From: Methanomethylovorans hollandica DSM 15978
GTDB lineage: Archaea; Halobacteriota; Methanosarcinia; Methanosarcinales; Methanosarcinaceae
DNA: 64,000 nucleotides
Assembly (NCBI RefSeq): GCF_000328665.1
Contig: NC_019977.1
Location: 2,286,011 to 2,350,010 of the forward strand
Direction: 5' to 3'
Each line of letters begins with the position of its first letter. Position 1 is the stretch's first letter. Under the pieces are notes generated by a model that did no database searches, was not told where the DNA came from, and worked only from the letters and a program-made list of their open reading frames with translations. Positions 10,828 to 20,916 of the stretch are shown here, piece by piece. Position numbers and translations under genes: made by a program.

Positions 10828-11598
10828 ATGGTTCTATCTGACATTATTTTACCAATATTGATTCTAGTGATTTTCATCTTGTCAAAAGCTATCAAGATCG
10901 TAAATGAATATGAACGTGTTGTTATCTTTCGTTTAGGGAGGCTGAGCGGGATCAAAGGTCCTGGTCTGTTCCTCATAATACCTATCATAGATACGGTGGT
11001 CAAGATCGACCTGCGTGTGGTCACCATCGATGTGCCCAAGCAGAACGTGATAACCAAGGATAATGTGACAGTGGATGTGGATGCAGTGGTCTATTATAAG
11101 GTCGTGGAACCTTCTTCTGCTGTCAATGAGGTGGAAAATTACAAGTATGCTACTTCCACTTTGTCTCAGACTACATTACGTGATGCTATAGGTCAGATCG
11201 AACTCGATGAACTCCTTTCCAAAAGGGAGGAGATCAATAGAAACATCCAGGAAATGCTCGATGTATCCACCGATCCCTGGGGTATAAAGGTCACAGGCGT
11301 TACTCTAAGGGATGTGAAAATAGATGATACTATGCTGCGTGCTATTGCAAAGCAGGCTGAGGCAGAGCGTGAGAAACGTGCACGTATCATCCTTGCAGAA
11401 GGTGAGTACATAGCTGCTGAGAAGATGCAACAAGCTGCAAAGTTATACCAGGATATGCCCGCTGGACTTAAACTTCGTGAATTGCAAACTATAGCCGAGG
11501 TTGCAAGAGAGAAGAACCTTATTGTGATTTCCAATTCAATGGAAATTGGCGGAATGGCGGCTATGTCGAAAGCATTTAGTGAAAAGAACAAGGGTTAA
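10828..11598 (+). CDS. Slipin/stomatin (SPFH, band 7) protein
   Basis: Motifs YERVVIFRLGR, DPWGIKV and QAEAEREKRA; paired with nfeD. An alternative ATG lies at 10816. Confidence 0.93.
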   Translation: MVLSDIILPILILVIFILSKAIKIVNEYERVVIFRLGRLSGIKGPGLFLIIPIIDTVVKIDLRVVTIDVPKQNVITKDNVTVDVDAVVYYKVVEPSSAVNEVENYKYATSTLSQTTLRDAIGQIELDELLSKREEINRNIQEMLDVSTDPWGIKVTGVTLRDVKIDDTMLRAIAKQAEAEREKRARIILAEGEYIAAEKMQQAAKLYQDMPAGLKLRELQTIAEVAREKNLIVISNSMEIGGMAAMSKAFSEKNKG

Positions 11599-11611
11599 TG
11601 GAAAGGTAAGG

Positions 11612-12925
11612 ATGAGATCAAGGCTGGGAATCTTTTTTTTACTTTTTTTATTTTTGTTGTGCTCTACATCACAAGCAAGTGCTGCAGAAAAGGTGCTGGT
11701 GATGGATATAGGAGCTACCATAACTCCGTCATCAGATGATATTCTGGCAGATGCCATAGCTTTCGCCGAAGATGGTGATTATCAGGCTCTGGTCATTACA
11801 CTTAACACACCCGGAGGAGTTGTGGATGCAACCCTTAATATGATGGAACAAATATCTGCGACGGATGTGCCTGTGATAGGCTACGTCTATCCGGAAGGTA
11901 CCAAGGCCTGGTCTGCAGGCACTCTTCTGCTTATTAGTATGGATGTAGCGGCTATGTCGCCTTACACTGTTATAGGTTCAGCCCAGCCGGTGACGGTAAC
12001 AGCCTCAGGTTCAGAGCCTGTGAACGACTCCAAGATAGTGAACGCTCTGGTCGCCACTGCACAGGAAAATGCCCGCAAGCACGGGCGCAATGATACTACT
12101 GCAGCCCAATTCATTACTGAGAACCTTAATTTAAACCCTGAGAAGGCCTTAGAATACGGAGTAATAGAATACATAGCTTCAGATCTCAATGACCTGCTGG
12201 AGCAGGTGGACGGACTTGAGGTCAAAGGTCAGGAACTTAAGACCAGCGGGGCAGATCTGGTGTTCTATGAACCACCTCTCAGGCTTTCTTTCCTGAACAT
12301 AATCTCAGATCCTATCATATCCTCCTTATTGTTACTGCTGGGTGTATATGCTATCATATTGGGCTTGTCTAACCCGGGTTTCGGAGCCGAGCTCTTTGGT
12401 ATAGTGGCGATAGCTCTGGGACTTATAGGCACTGGTTTCGATGTGAACATAGCATCTATATTCCTTATACTGGTAGGTGTGGCGTTAGTAATCGTAGAGT
12501 TCCAGTCGCCGGGTTTTGGAGTTTTCGGGATCTCAGGACTTGTATGTATCGTTGCGGGAAGTATATTGCTTGCACCCACGGATTTCCCCCGGAACTACAC
12601 TCCAGCCGAATTCCAGCAGACGATCATACTTTCAGTGGTATCCCCAACTATAGTTATTGGTATCTTCCTGCTCTTTGTCCTTTACAAGATTGCGGTGGTG
12701 CGCCATTCTACACCGAAGTTCGGCGAGCTCGTGGGAGATTTTGCTGTTGCGGATGATCCCTTTGGTCCAGGAGAATTCGGATATGTGAGGCATAAAAGCG
12801 AGATATGGAAGGCACGCTCTGAGGAAACTATCGAAAAAGGGGATAGGGTGGAAATATTGGAAAAGGACGGGATAGTCCTTATTGTAAAGAAGATAGATGC
12901 AAGCTCCAGCCTTTCAGAAAAATGA
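11612..12925 (+). CDS. nfeD: NfeD (ClpP-like protease domain, TM segments, OB fold)
   Basis: Signal peptide, LNTPGG, AWSAG, a TM cluster and C-terminal EIWKARS. Confidence 0.9.
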   Translation: MRSRLGIFFLLFLFLLCSTSQASAAEKVLVMDIGATITPSSDDILADAIAFAEDGDYQALVITLNTPGGVVDATLNMMEQISATDVPVIGYVYPEGTKAWSAGTLLLISMDVAAMSPYTVIGSAQPVTVTASGSEPVNDSKIVNALVATAQENARKHGRNDTTAAQFITENLNLNPEKALEYGVIEYIASDLNDLLEQVDGLEVKGQELKTSGADLVFYEPPLRLSFLNIISDPIISSLLLLLGVYAIILGLSNPGFGAELFGIVAIALGLIGTGFDVNIASIFLILVGVALVIVEFQSPGFGVFGISGLVCIVAGSILLAPTDFPRNYTPAEFQQTIILSVVSPTIVIGIFLLFVLYKIAVVRHSTPKFGELVGDFAVADDPFGPGEFGYVRHKSEIWKARSEETIEKGDRVEILEKDGIVLIVKKIDASSSLSEK

Positions 12926-12939
12926 TCTGCTGAAATTAT

Positions 12940-14268
12940 TCAAGCAGATCCCTTCTTTATCGTTTCCACTATTCTGCGCTTTTTCTCAATGGCATTCGCT
13001 GCTGCCAGATCGATCGCATGTTTCATTTCAAAGAAATCCCGGGGCTCTTCTTCTCCTATCATTTTCTTGATAGGCGTGTATGCAGATTCCCTGAACCGGG
13101 GTGTGAAGTCCCTTATTTCACCGTTAATTATTACTTCTGCACCGGACCCTTTCTCCACTCGGCCTATGATGTCTATGGCAACACCCGCTTCTTTTATCAC
13201 GCGCATGATCTCTCCGGCATACTCCTGCGGGGCTATGATGAGCAGGGCATCAAGAGATACTCCCAGGTAATCGATCTTGAGAGTTTCGAGCATATCAAGC
13301 ACTACAGGATTGACCAGTGCTCTCATATTCTCTTCCATGAAGACCAATTTCACGCCTGCGGTCTTTGATATTTCTTTCGCATCTCCACGGATGCCGCCGT
13401 TCGTGACATCGGTCATGGCATGGATATATGGCAGCAGGCCGGAAATAATGAGGGCTTCACATGCTTCCAGGAACTTTATGTTCATAGTCTCCTGCACTAC
13501 ATGGTGCATGTTGTAGTACAGGGCTGTAGTGGAAACAGTGCCTCCGCCAGCACCTTCAGTCATGAGGATCACATCCCCTACTCGCGTCTGGTTGCGGGCT
13601 GTCAGGTCGGATGTCGTTCCCACTGCACCCACACCGCCTGTCATGCGTTCTCCGATGACCATATCTCCTCCTATGCGCAGTGTACTGCCTGTGATAAGGG
13701 GGATGCCCGTAAGTTCGGATACTGCGGTGATGCCTGCTATGTGATCGAATATCTTTGCTATATCACCATCATCCGCTACATGGATATCTGAGAGCAGAGC
13801 TATGGGTCTGGCACCCATTACATACACGTCCCTGAGAGAGGCCCTTGCCACATGGAAACCGGCAAGGAAAGGAAAATCACTGAGCCTTGAGTGTATGCCG
13901 TCTATGGTGACTATGATATATTTATCGGTGCCATTACCCAGTACCGCACCAGAATCATCAAGCTGCGCACTATCAACTACGGCATCTGTCTTGCCTATGA
14001 CCTCTGCTATCTTCTCATGTGTATAAAAGTCGCCAGTACCTCTGGAACCTACACCGAACTCACCCATGGTAACTCCAGATATGGTAGGTTCAAGGATATC
14101 ACCTTTCACATTTAATGTATTCCTGGCCTCCACGATGGTTGCCTGGGCAAGCCTGCGGGCGTACTGGGGCGTAGTCTTCTTTATTTCCAGGATCCTGGCT
14201 GTGAGCTTATCCTCAAGTTCAGGGTCATTGGCACGTAGGCCACGTTTTGCATATCCTTCTATATCCAT
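12940..14268 (-). CDS. AIR-synthase-like (PurM/HypE/ThiL superfamily) protein
   Basis: Motifs LDDSG, TIDGIHSRL, RDVYVMGARP and AMTDVTNGGIRGD. Confidence 0.8.
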   Translation of the reverse strand: MDIEGYAKRGLRANDPELEDKLTARILEIKKTTPQYARRLAQATIVEARNTLNVKGDILEPTISGVTMGEFGVGSRGTGDFYTHEKIAEVIGKTDAVVDSAQLDDSGAVLGNGTDKYIIVTIDGIHSRLSDFPFLAGFHVARASLRDVYVMGARPIALLSDIHVADDGDIAKIFDHIAGITAVSELTGIPLITGSTLRIGGDMVIGERMTGGVGAVGTTSDLTARNQTRVGDVILMTEGAGGGTVSTTALYYNMHHVVQETMNIKFLEACEALIISGLLPYIHAMTDVTNGGIRGDAKEISKTAGVKLVFMEENMRALVNPVVLDMLETLKIDYLGVSLDALLIIAPQEYAGEIMRVIKEAGVAIDIIGRVEKGSGAEVIINGEIRDFTPRFRESAYTPIKKMIGEEEPRDFFEMKHAIDLAAANAIEKKRRIVETIKKGSA

Positions 14269-14277
14269 ATTCTTACC

Positions 14278-14886
14278 TCAACACATCCTTACAAAGTTGT
14301 GCAGCATCTTCAGGCCGACATTTCCGCTTTTTTCAGGGTGGAACTGTGTACCTATGACGTTCCCGGTATCATTGATCACTGCGGCTGCAAACGTTCTTCC
14401 GTATCCGCATGCTGCAAGTATGTTCTTCTGTGTGGTATCCACAAAGTAAGAATGTACGAAATAAACGTAGGACCCGTCGGGAATACCTTCGAACAGAGGA
14501 TGTTCCTGTGTGATCTGTATGGAGTTCCATCCCATATGGGGTACCTTGAGCTCGGAGTGAGGGAACCTGACAACATTGCCCTTTATAAGTCCCAGGCCGT
14601 CAGTCAGTTTTCCCTCTTCGGACCGGTCCATAAGTATCTGCTCACCCAGACAAATGCCCAGCATAGGCTTGCCGGAGCCCACATATTCCTTAATGGCTCC
14701 CTTGAGACCTTCGATGTTCTTCATGGCATCCATGAAGGCTCCCACGCCGGGCAGGATGACCCCATCTGCTGCAAGCATTGTTCCAGGGTCACTGGAGATG
14801 GAAACAGAGGCACCTGCGTGTTCAAGTCCTTTGTACACACTGCGCAGGTTACCCAGTCCATAATCTATGATCACTATATTTTTCAT
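14278..14886 (-). CDS. hisH: Imidazole glycerol phosphate synthase glutaminase subunit
   Basis: Motifs IDYGLGNLRS, LPGVGAF, GICLG and QFHPEKS. Confidence 0.96.
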   Translation of the reverse strand: MKNIVIIDYGLGNLRSVYKGLEHAGASVSISSDPGTMLAADGVILPGVGAFMDAMKNIEGLKGAIKEYVGSGKPMLGICLGEQILMDRSEEGKLTDGLGLIKGNVVRFPHSELKVPHMGWNSIQITQEHPLFEGIPDGSYVYFVHSYFVDTTQKNILAACGYGRTFAAAVINDTGNVIGTQFHPEKSGNVGLKMLHNFVRMC

Positions 14887-15020
14887 CGGAAATTAGAGCA
14901 TGTTCTTTATACATCAATTTTGCGAATCTATATTGTTTTGGGAATTCAACTTTTTAATAATATAGTATAACTTATATACTTTGTATTCTTTTTTAATGTG
15001 GATGCAGTCCGGTGACAAGT

Positions 15021-15533
15021 ATGAAAAACATAAAGAATAACACAAAGGACACTATAATTTTGTTCCGCAACGATGATGCTATGGAACTGCCTATAAACAT
15101 TGTTGTAATGCTGGTCGTGGGCATGGTGGCACTTGCAGCTCTTGTTGCCATTATTCCCCCACCTACCAAGAATATGTCCGTATATATTGATAGTGCAGGT
15201 GCATCGGCAAATACCGCCATAACCATGACCGATGGCAATGCGGTAATAGTGGATTCAGCTACTGCACAGAACCCTTTCTACGTGAGGGTGACCCTCTCAG
15301 CTACGGACACTGATGGTAATCCTGTAAGAGATGCCAGCGTGGTGCTAAGGGGCTTAGGAGGGGTTGCTACTTCCACCACGGGCAGTGATGGCATGGCTGT
15401 GCTTATCACCGACCCGGCAATGGTAGCAATGGGTCCTAACCAGAACGAAGGCACAATGGATCTTACCATCTCAGCTAACGGGTTCTACGACTATGAGAAG
15501 GAAGATGCAGTGATGATTGTCAGGACTGCCTGA
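15021..15533 (+). CDS. Pilin-like surface protein (class III signal peptide, Ig/carboxypeptidase-regulatory-like fold)
   Basis: FRNDDA|MELPINIVVMLVVG followed by a hydrophobic helix, then DTDGNPVRDASV...TTGSDG. GGTGA RBS. Confidence 0.65.
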   Translation: MKNIKNNTKDTIILFRNDDAMELPINIVVMLVVGMVALAALVAIIPPPTKNMSVYIDSAGASANTAITMTDGNAVIVDSATAQNPFYVRVTLSATDTDGNPVRDASVVLRGLGGVATSTTGSDGMAVLITDPAMVAMGPNQNEGTMDLTISANGFYDYEKEDAVMIVRTA

Positions 15534-15565
15534 CCATCACTTTGATCACTTTATTTTGTAATACC

Positions 15566-16012
15566 ATGAAGCACAGATTTTTATTCAGGGACGAGGGGGC
15601 TGCGCTGGGCCTCCCCATCAGAATGGTGGTGTTGACCATCGTGGGTCTGGCAGGCATGACCGTGATGCTGGCTGCCCTCGCAGGCGTACAGACCACACCT
15701 GGTGCGCTGTATGTGATGTCCAACACCACTTCTTTTACCATGAATGACAGTACCGGCGATTCTCCGTACATCCAGTTAACTGTGGTAGATTCAGAGGATG
15801 AAACAGTGCCAGGGGCAAGTGTGGTGGTCTGGGGACCTGATCACAGGACAGCTAAGGCAGGCACCACCGATGTCTTTGGTCAATTTGTTTTCCGGCTGGA
15901 GAATATGTCCCTGCCCACGGGAAAAAGTGAGGGTTATATTGCTGTCAAAGTGATGCAGGAAGGGTATCTGGACCTGGACGAACAGTATCTCATCAAGGTC
16001 AGGTCCATCTGA
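15566..16012 (+). CDS. Second pilin-like surface protein
   Basis: FRDEGA|ALGLPIRMVVLTIVG followed by VPGASVVV...GTTDVFG. Confidence 0.65.
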   Translation: MKHRFLFRDEGAALGLPIRMVVLTIVGLAGMTVMLAALAGVQTTPGALYVMSNTTSFTMNDSTGDSPYIQLTVVDSEDETVPGASVVVWGPDHRTAKAGTTDVFGQFVFRLENMSLPTGKSEGYIAVKVMQEGYLDLDEQYLIKVRSI

Positions 16013-16039
16013 TCACTTCATTAGATTCCTTCTTTATTT

Positions 16040-16690
16040 TTATGCTATCTTTGGCTCCTTATTTGCCATGTAGAACCTTATCAGTGCAGCTGCTGCCAGT
16101 ACCAGTGCAATGGAGAATGAGAAATAGGGGGATCTGATTATATCCCACCTGTTCCCCATGATAAGGAGGCCTGTGAAAAAAATGAGGGCCGCCGCCACAA
16201 CTCCTGACAATTCTACAGGCACTTTCACAGAACCGATGGTGATCCTGTTCCGATCTTCTGTTCTTTTAAGCCGCTTTTCCATGTCCTCAAGCTGGTCCTT
16301 CATGGTTTGAGTGAGTGTCAACATATGGTCGTCGGTCTTATTGTTCAGAAGCTCGTGCTTTGTCTGCTTCTGCCCTTCGCTCAGAGTATGGAGTTGCTCT
16401 TGCAGTTCTTCCATCTGCTGCTTCAGAGAGTTGATGTCGGTCTCCCCGGGGTAAGAGGCTTTTCCGTCAAGAAAGCGCATCTTCCCCCGCAATTCTGCGA
16501 ATTCCGTGCGCATTTGATGGAGGAGATCGGCCTGCAGGTGTACAGGATCGTCCATGAGGTCCTGAGGAGGCACTTCCATGGAAAGCCGGCGTTCCACTGC
16601 TCTGAGCCTGCGCTCTAGGCTTCTCAGGTTCTGGTCAAAAGAATTGATCCTGCCATGCAGGTCGTCCCGTGTTTTTTCTTCGCTCATCAT
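16040..16690 (-). CDS. Hypothetical coiled-coil protein with two C-terminal TM helices
   Basis: Heptad-rich N-terminus and a hydrophobic C-terminus. Starts immediately after the ugd-like gene. Confidence 0.7.
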   Translation of the reverse strand: MMSEEKTRDDLHGRINSFDQNLRSLERRLRAVERRLSMEVPPQDLMDDPVHLQADLLHQMRTEFAELRGKMRFLDGKASYPGETDINSLKQQMEELQEQLHTLSEGQKQTKHELLNNKTDDHMLTLTQTMKDQLEDMEKRLKRTEDRNRITIGSVKVPVELSGVVAAALIFFTGLLIMGNRWDIIRSPYFSFSIALVLAAAALIRFYMANKEPKIA

Positions 16691-16697
16691 GCTCAAT

Positions 16698-17993
16698 TCA
16701 CCAGCAGAGCCCTTCGTACTCGATCTTCACAGACAGTTCCTCTGGATCAATGAGGTGTCTGCCGTCAATGACCAGCGGCCTTTTCATAGCGGCGAATTCC
16801 TTGTCCAGCCTGCGGAACTGGTTCCACTCCGTCATGAGCAGGCAGGCATCGGCATCCCGGAGGGCTTCAGCCGCGCTGTCGCAGTAGGTGATGCCGGGGA
16901 ATACCTTCTTCATGTGCTCTGTTGCCATGGGGTCGTATGCGCTCACCTGGGCTTCCTCACGCAGCAGTTCTGCAATGACAGGTATGGAGCGGGATTCCCG
17001 GATGTCGTCGGTGCCGTTCTTGAAGGCCAGGCCAAGCACTGTGATGCGCTTGCCCTGCAGCTCTCCGGCCTTTTCCCGAAGCAGTTTGATCATGCCCATG
17101 GGCTGCTCTTCATTGACATCGATAACTGAGCGCAGCAGCCTGGGCGTATAGCCGAGTTCTTCCGCCTTGCCTATGATAGCCCGCACATCCTTGGGGAAGC
17201 AGGAGCCTCCGAAGCCTGCTCCGCAGTTGAGGAAATCAGGTGCTATCCTGTAGTCCTTACCCACTTCCTCCATGACGGCATACGTGTCTATGCCAAGCAT
17301 CTTGCAGATGTTGCCCATCTCGTTGGCAAAGGAGATCTTGGTGGCCAGCAGGGCGTTGTTGGCGTATTTGATCATCTCTGCGGTGGTGGGCTGGGTGTGG
17401 GTGACTTCGCAGTCAAGCCCGCGGTACAGCTCGGACACCATGAAGAACGTCCTTTCATCGATGGCTCCCACCACGATCTTATCCGGGTGCATGAAATCGT
17501 ACACTGCCTTGCCTTCCCTGAGGAACTCGGGGTTCATGGCAACACCGAAATCCTTGCCAGCCTTCTTCCCGCAATAGCTCTCAAGCACAGGCAGGACGAA
17601 CTTCTCCGTAGTTTCCGGCACTACGGTGCTTTTCACAACGACCACATGGTAATGGTCCTTCTTCGCCATGGCCTCTCCCAGGCTCACAGCTGCGGATTCC
17701 ACTATGGACAGGTCGATGTTGCCCTTCTCGTCGGAAGGCGTGCCCACGCAGATGAAGGACACGTCCGACCTCTGCACCGCATAATCATAGTCCGATGTGG
17801 CTATGATGCGTTTCTCGGCATGCTTTGTCAACAGCTCGTCCAGCCCTTCCTCCCAGATAGGGGCTTTGCCGGCATTGATCATGCTCACCTTCTTCTCATC
17901 CACGTCCACACAGATAACTTCATGACCCAGTTCCGCAAAACACGCTGCAGTGACCGAGCCAACATAACCGGTACCAATAACTGAAATTCTCAT
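16698..17993 (-). CDS. UDP-glucose/GDP-mannose 6-dehydrogenase family protein
   Basis: Motifs GTGYVG, CVGTP, NPEFLREG, GFGGSCFPKD and FKNGTDDIRES. Confidence 0.93.
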   Translation of the reverse strand: MRISVIGTGYVGSVTAACFAELGHEVICVDVDEKKVSMINAGKAPIWEEGLDELLTKHAEKRIIATSDYDYAVQRSDVSFICVGTPSDEKGNIDLSIVESAAVSLGEAMAKKDHYHVVVVKSTVVPETTEKFVLPVLESYCGKKAGKDFGVAMNPEFLREGKAVYDFMHPDKIVVGAIDERTFFMVSELYRGLDCEVTHTQPTTAEMIKYANNALLATKISFANEMGNICKMLGIDTYAVMEEVGKDYRIAPDFLNCGAGFGGSCFPKDVRAIIGKAEELGYTPRLLRSVIDVNEEQPMGMIKLLREKAGELQGKRITVLGLAFKNGTDDIRESRSIPVIAELLREEAQVSAYDPMATEHMKKVFPGITYCDSAAEALRDADACLLMTEWNQFRRLDKEFAAMKRPLVIDGRHLIDPEELSVKIEYEGLCW

Positions 17994-18406
17994 AATGAAC
18001 TCTCCTACAGTAATAAATTGTTATAAAATATATATTAGTATTGTGAGGTGAAAGGTGTTATAATGATTTTTATGAATATTTGAGTGATCAGTACTTTTAA
18101 GTAAATTCTCGAATCAATTAACATGGTCGCAAATTTTTATAAAAGATAAAGTCTACAAAAAAAGTAAGATTCTTTATGTTTCATGGACTGTTATTCTTCA
18201 TCAAGTCCACTATTATATATCAAAAGAAATTTTCTATTTCACATTCCAAATTCATCCATATTTTTACCTTTTTATTTTCTCCTCCAATCGATCATCATAT
18301 ACAATGTCTTTTTATACTCCCATTACCATCATGTGACAAGCTTTAAAGTCACAATTGCAGCAAAAGTATAATTTATATTTTACAATTATTCTAATGGCAG
18401 GTCCGA

Positions 18407-19498
18407 ATGAGTATACAAGAGGAGATCGCGCAGGTCGAGGAAGAGTTAAAGAACACCGTCTATAACAAGGCCACATCTCATCACATAGGCAAGCTGAAGG
18501 CCAAGCTTGCCCGTCTGCGGGACGAGGTGGTAAAGAGAGCTGCAAGCAAGTCCTCAGGTGAAGGTTATTCCGTAAAGAAATCGGGTGATGCCACCGTTAC
18601 TCTGGTGGGCTTCCCATCGGTGGGTAAGTCCACGCTGCTCAACAAGCTCACTGATGCCAATTCAGAGGTGGGGGCCTATGAGTTCACCACACTGGATGTC
18701 ATTCCGGGTGCCATGGAATATAAGAACGCCACCATCCAGATCCTGGACGTGCCCGGACTGGTCAAGGGTGCAGCAAGCGGCAGAGGCAGGGGCAAAGAGG
18801 TCATAGCGGTGGTCAGGAACACCAATCTGGTTCTGTTCATGCTGGATGTGTTCCAGCTGCAGCACTATGATATCCTTAAAGAGGAATTATATCAGGCTGG
18901 CATAAGGCTCGACCAGAGAGCTCCGGATGTAGTTATCAAGAGGCAGGACAGGGGAGGAGTCATCGTCAGCTCTACAAAGGAGCTGGAGATGGATGAGGAC
19001 CTTATCAAGGACATACTAAATGAGTACAAGATCCATAATGCCCACGTGCTCATCAGGGATAACATAAACATTGACCAGCTCATAGATGCCGTGATGGGCA
19101 ACAGGGTGTACATCCCGTCCATCATCGCAGTGAACAAGGTCGACCTGGCCGATCCCATGTCCCTGGAAGCAGCAAAAAGGAAATTCCCGGATGCAGCGTT
19201 CATCTCCGCCGACCGGGATGTGGACCTCCACATTGTGCAAGACAACATCTATGATGCTCTGGATTTCATCAGGATCTATCTTAAACCGCAGGGAGGACCT
19301 GCGGACCTCGAAGAGCCTATGATAGTGCAGAACGGAACCACCGTGGGCGATGTCTGTGACAAGCTGCACAGGGATTTCCGCAGGAAGTTCAGGTATTCCC
19401 AGATATGGGGCAGGTCTGCCAAGCACCCCGGCCAGAGGGCAGGTCTTGACCACGTGCTCAAGGATGAAGACCTAGTAACACTTATCATCAATATGTGA
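18407..19498 (+). CDS. DRG/OBG-family GTPase with TGS domain
   Basis: Motifs GFPSVGKS, YEFTTL, DVPG and NKVD. Confidence 0.93.
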   Translation: MSIQEEIAQVEEELKNTVYNKATSHHIGKLKAKLARLRDEVVKRAASKSSGEGYSVKKSGDATVTLVGFPSVGKSTLLNKLTDANSEVGAYEFTTLDVIPGAMEYKNATIQILDVPGLVKGAASGRGRGKEVIAVVRNTNLVLFMLDVFQLQHYDILKEELYQAGIRLDQRAPDVVIKRQDRGGVIVSSTKELEMDEDLIKDILNEYKIHNAHVLIRDNINIDQLIDAVMGNRVYIPSIIAVNKVDLADPMSLEAAKRKFPDAAFISADRDVDLHIVQDNIYDALDFIRIYLKPQGGPADLEEPMIVQNGTTVGDVCDKLHRDFRRKFRYSQIWGRSAKHPGQRAGLDHVLKDEDLVTLIINM

Positions 19499-19568
19499 CA
19501 ATCGATAACCATAAGAACCAGCAGGTCTATATCGACCCTGCATCGGTCCGACAGTAATAATACAGCAT

Positions 19569-19641
19569 AGTCCTGTAGGGTAGTGGTCAATCCTTTCGGC
19601 CTTTGGAGCCGAAGACGGTGGTTCGAATCCGCCCAGGACTA
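19569..19641 (+). tRNA. tRNA-Gln (anticodon TTG)
   Basis: Acceptor stem AGTCCTG/CAGGACT, anticodon arm TCGGC-CTTTGGA-GCCGA and T-loop GGTTCGAATCC. CCA is not encoded. Confidence 0.95.
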
Positions 19642-20194
19642 TAAACACATTTTTGGTAGTTCTAAGATGTTACTGCATTCTACTCCCTTTTTTAGGCAAC
19701 TGATGTTTTGCGACTTTGAGTTAAAAACAATGTACAGTAAAATATCAATGGATCAAAACAACAACTTCGGGATCTCTATAGATTAAAGAGTATTTGATTG
19801 ACCCTTTTTTCTAGCCAATATAAGCCATGAGCTGCACACACCTCTAAATTCCATAATTGATTTTTCTGATCTTCTCCCAAATGACCATACTTGATATCTC
19901 AAAAAAAGAAGCTGGGAAAATGTAATTGTCATGTGAAAGCATATCTTATTGTGATCTCCTACGCACTCAAAAGGGCTGCAGATCGGACAAGATATGTCAC
20001 TAAAGCATATTACAGGTTTAAAAATCACTTTCACACTGCATAGTTTAAATTCTTGAATCAGTAAAAGCTATATCTATTTGTACGCCGAGTTTCAGGGCGT
20101 ACTATAAACACACCATCGGGAGCATCCGTACAATATGCTCCCGTTATTTTTATCAGGTTTCTTTAGGATGGAACGACATCTCATAGATTCTTTG

Positions 20195-20392
20195 TTAGTG
20201 GACAATGGCATAATTCTCTAAAGATTCATGTTTCTGGACCTCTACAGAGAAAGGTTCTGTATATATATGATCCTCTTTATGCTTCGCCAGAGCAAAGCCC
20301 ACAAAAGACAATCCGATTCCTAGGTAAGGATGTTCAACGATGATAAGGCCAACAGCGGCTGTAAGGAATAATGACCAGTATTTTTCAAGCAT
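20195..20392 (-). CDS. Small hypothetical membrane protein (65 aa)
   Basis: MLEKYWSLFLTAAVGLIIVEHPYLGIGLSFVGFALA forms a hydrophobic hairpin. An AT-rich TATA-like sequence lies upstream. Confidence 0.5.
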   Translation of the reverse strand: MLEKYWSLFLTAAVGLIIVEHPYLGIGLSFVGFALAKHKEDHIYTEPFSVEVQKHESLENYAIVH

Positions 20393-20701
20393 GCTATCTA
20401 AAACAGACTCTTTATATATAAACGAAATTTTAATAAACAATCGTGAGGATATTTTATAATGATTTATAATTAAGGTATCCTGTGTGCATTTAACTTTTGT
20501 TTATCATTTATAAAATATTGACAAAATGAAACTTAATATACTTTAATTTATATATTAAAATTTAAAGGTTTGTAACTTAACAAGATCAGCCTAGCCTATA
20601 AACTCAGATTTAGTTAAGCTATTGAAATGCTGTTTCGTGGAATGGACGGAGGTGAGATTAATGGAAATTATAGTTAAACACCGATGGTTTGTAACTTATG
20701 A

Positions 20702-20857
20702 ATGCTAAAATCGCATTCAATAGATGGTGATGTTAATACCATAAGTTTCAAACAAATGGTTAATAACTATAAAGAACAGAAGAAAGCTGGAACCAAGAAG
20801 GCTTCCAAGGAAGAGTATCACATCTATCCTTCTAGAGGATCTGAGAGTAGAAAGTAA
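20702..20857 (+). CDS. Putative basic microprotein (51 aa)
   Basis: MLKSHSIDGDVNTISFKQMVNNYKEQKKAGTKKASKEEYHIYPSRGSESRK, followed by a terminator-like hairpin. Confidence 0.35.
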   Translation: MLKSHSIDGDVNTISFKQMVNNYKEQKKAGTKKASKEEYHIYPSRGSESRK

Positions 20858-20890
20858 TTAGTATAGATACTTTGGTCAGAACTATGTTCA

Positions 20891-20916
20891 CGGGAGGGAA
20901 ACCTCCTGCCGTTTTC
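20891..20916 (+). terminator. Hairpin with GAAA tetraloop and T-tract
   Basis: CGGGAGG-GAAA-CCTCCTG followed by CCGTTTTC. Confidence 0.5.

Noticed and set aside
19660..20040. Short ORFs after tRNA-Gln, including a minus-strand frame with two TAGs
   Set aside because: No recognisable homology in any frame; treated as degraded sequence.
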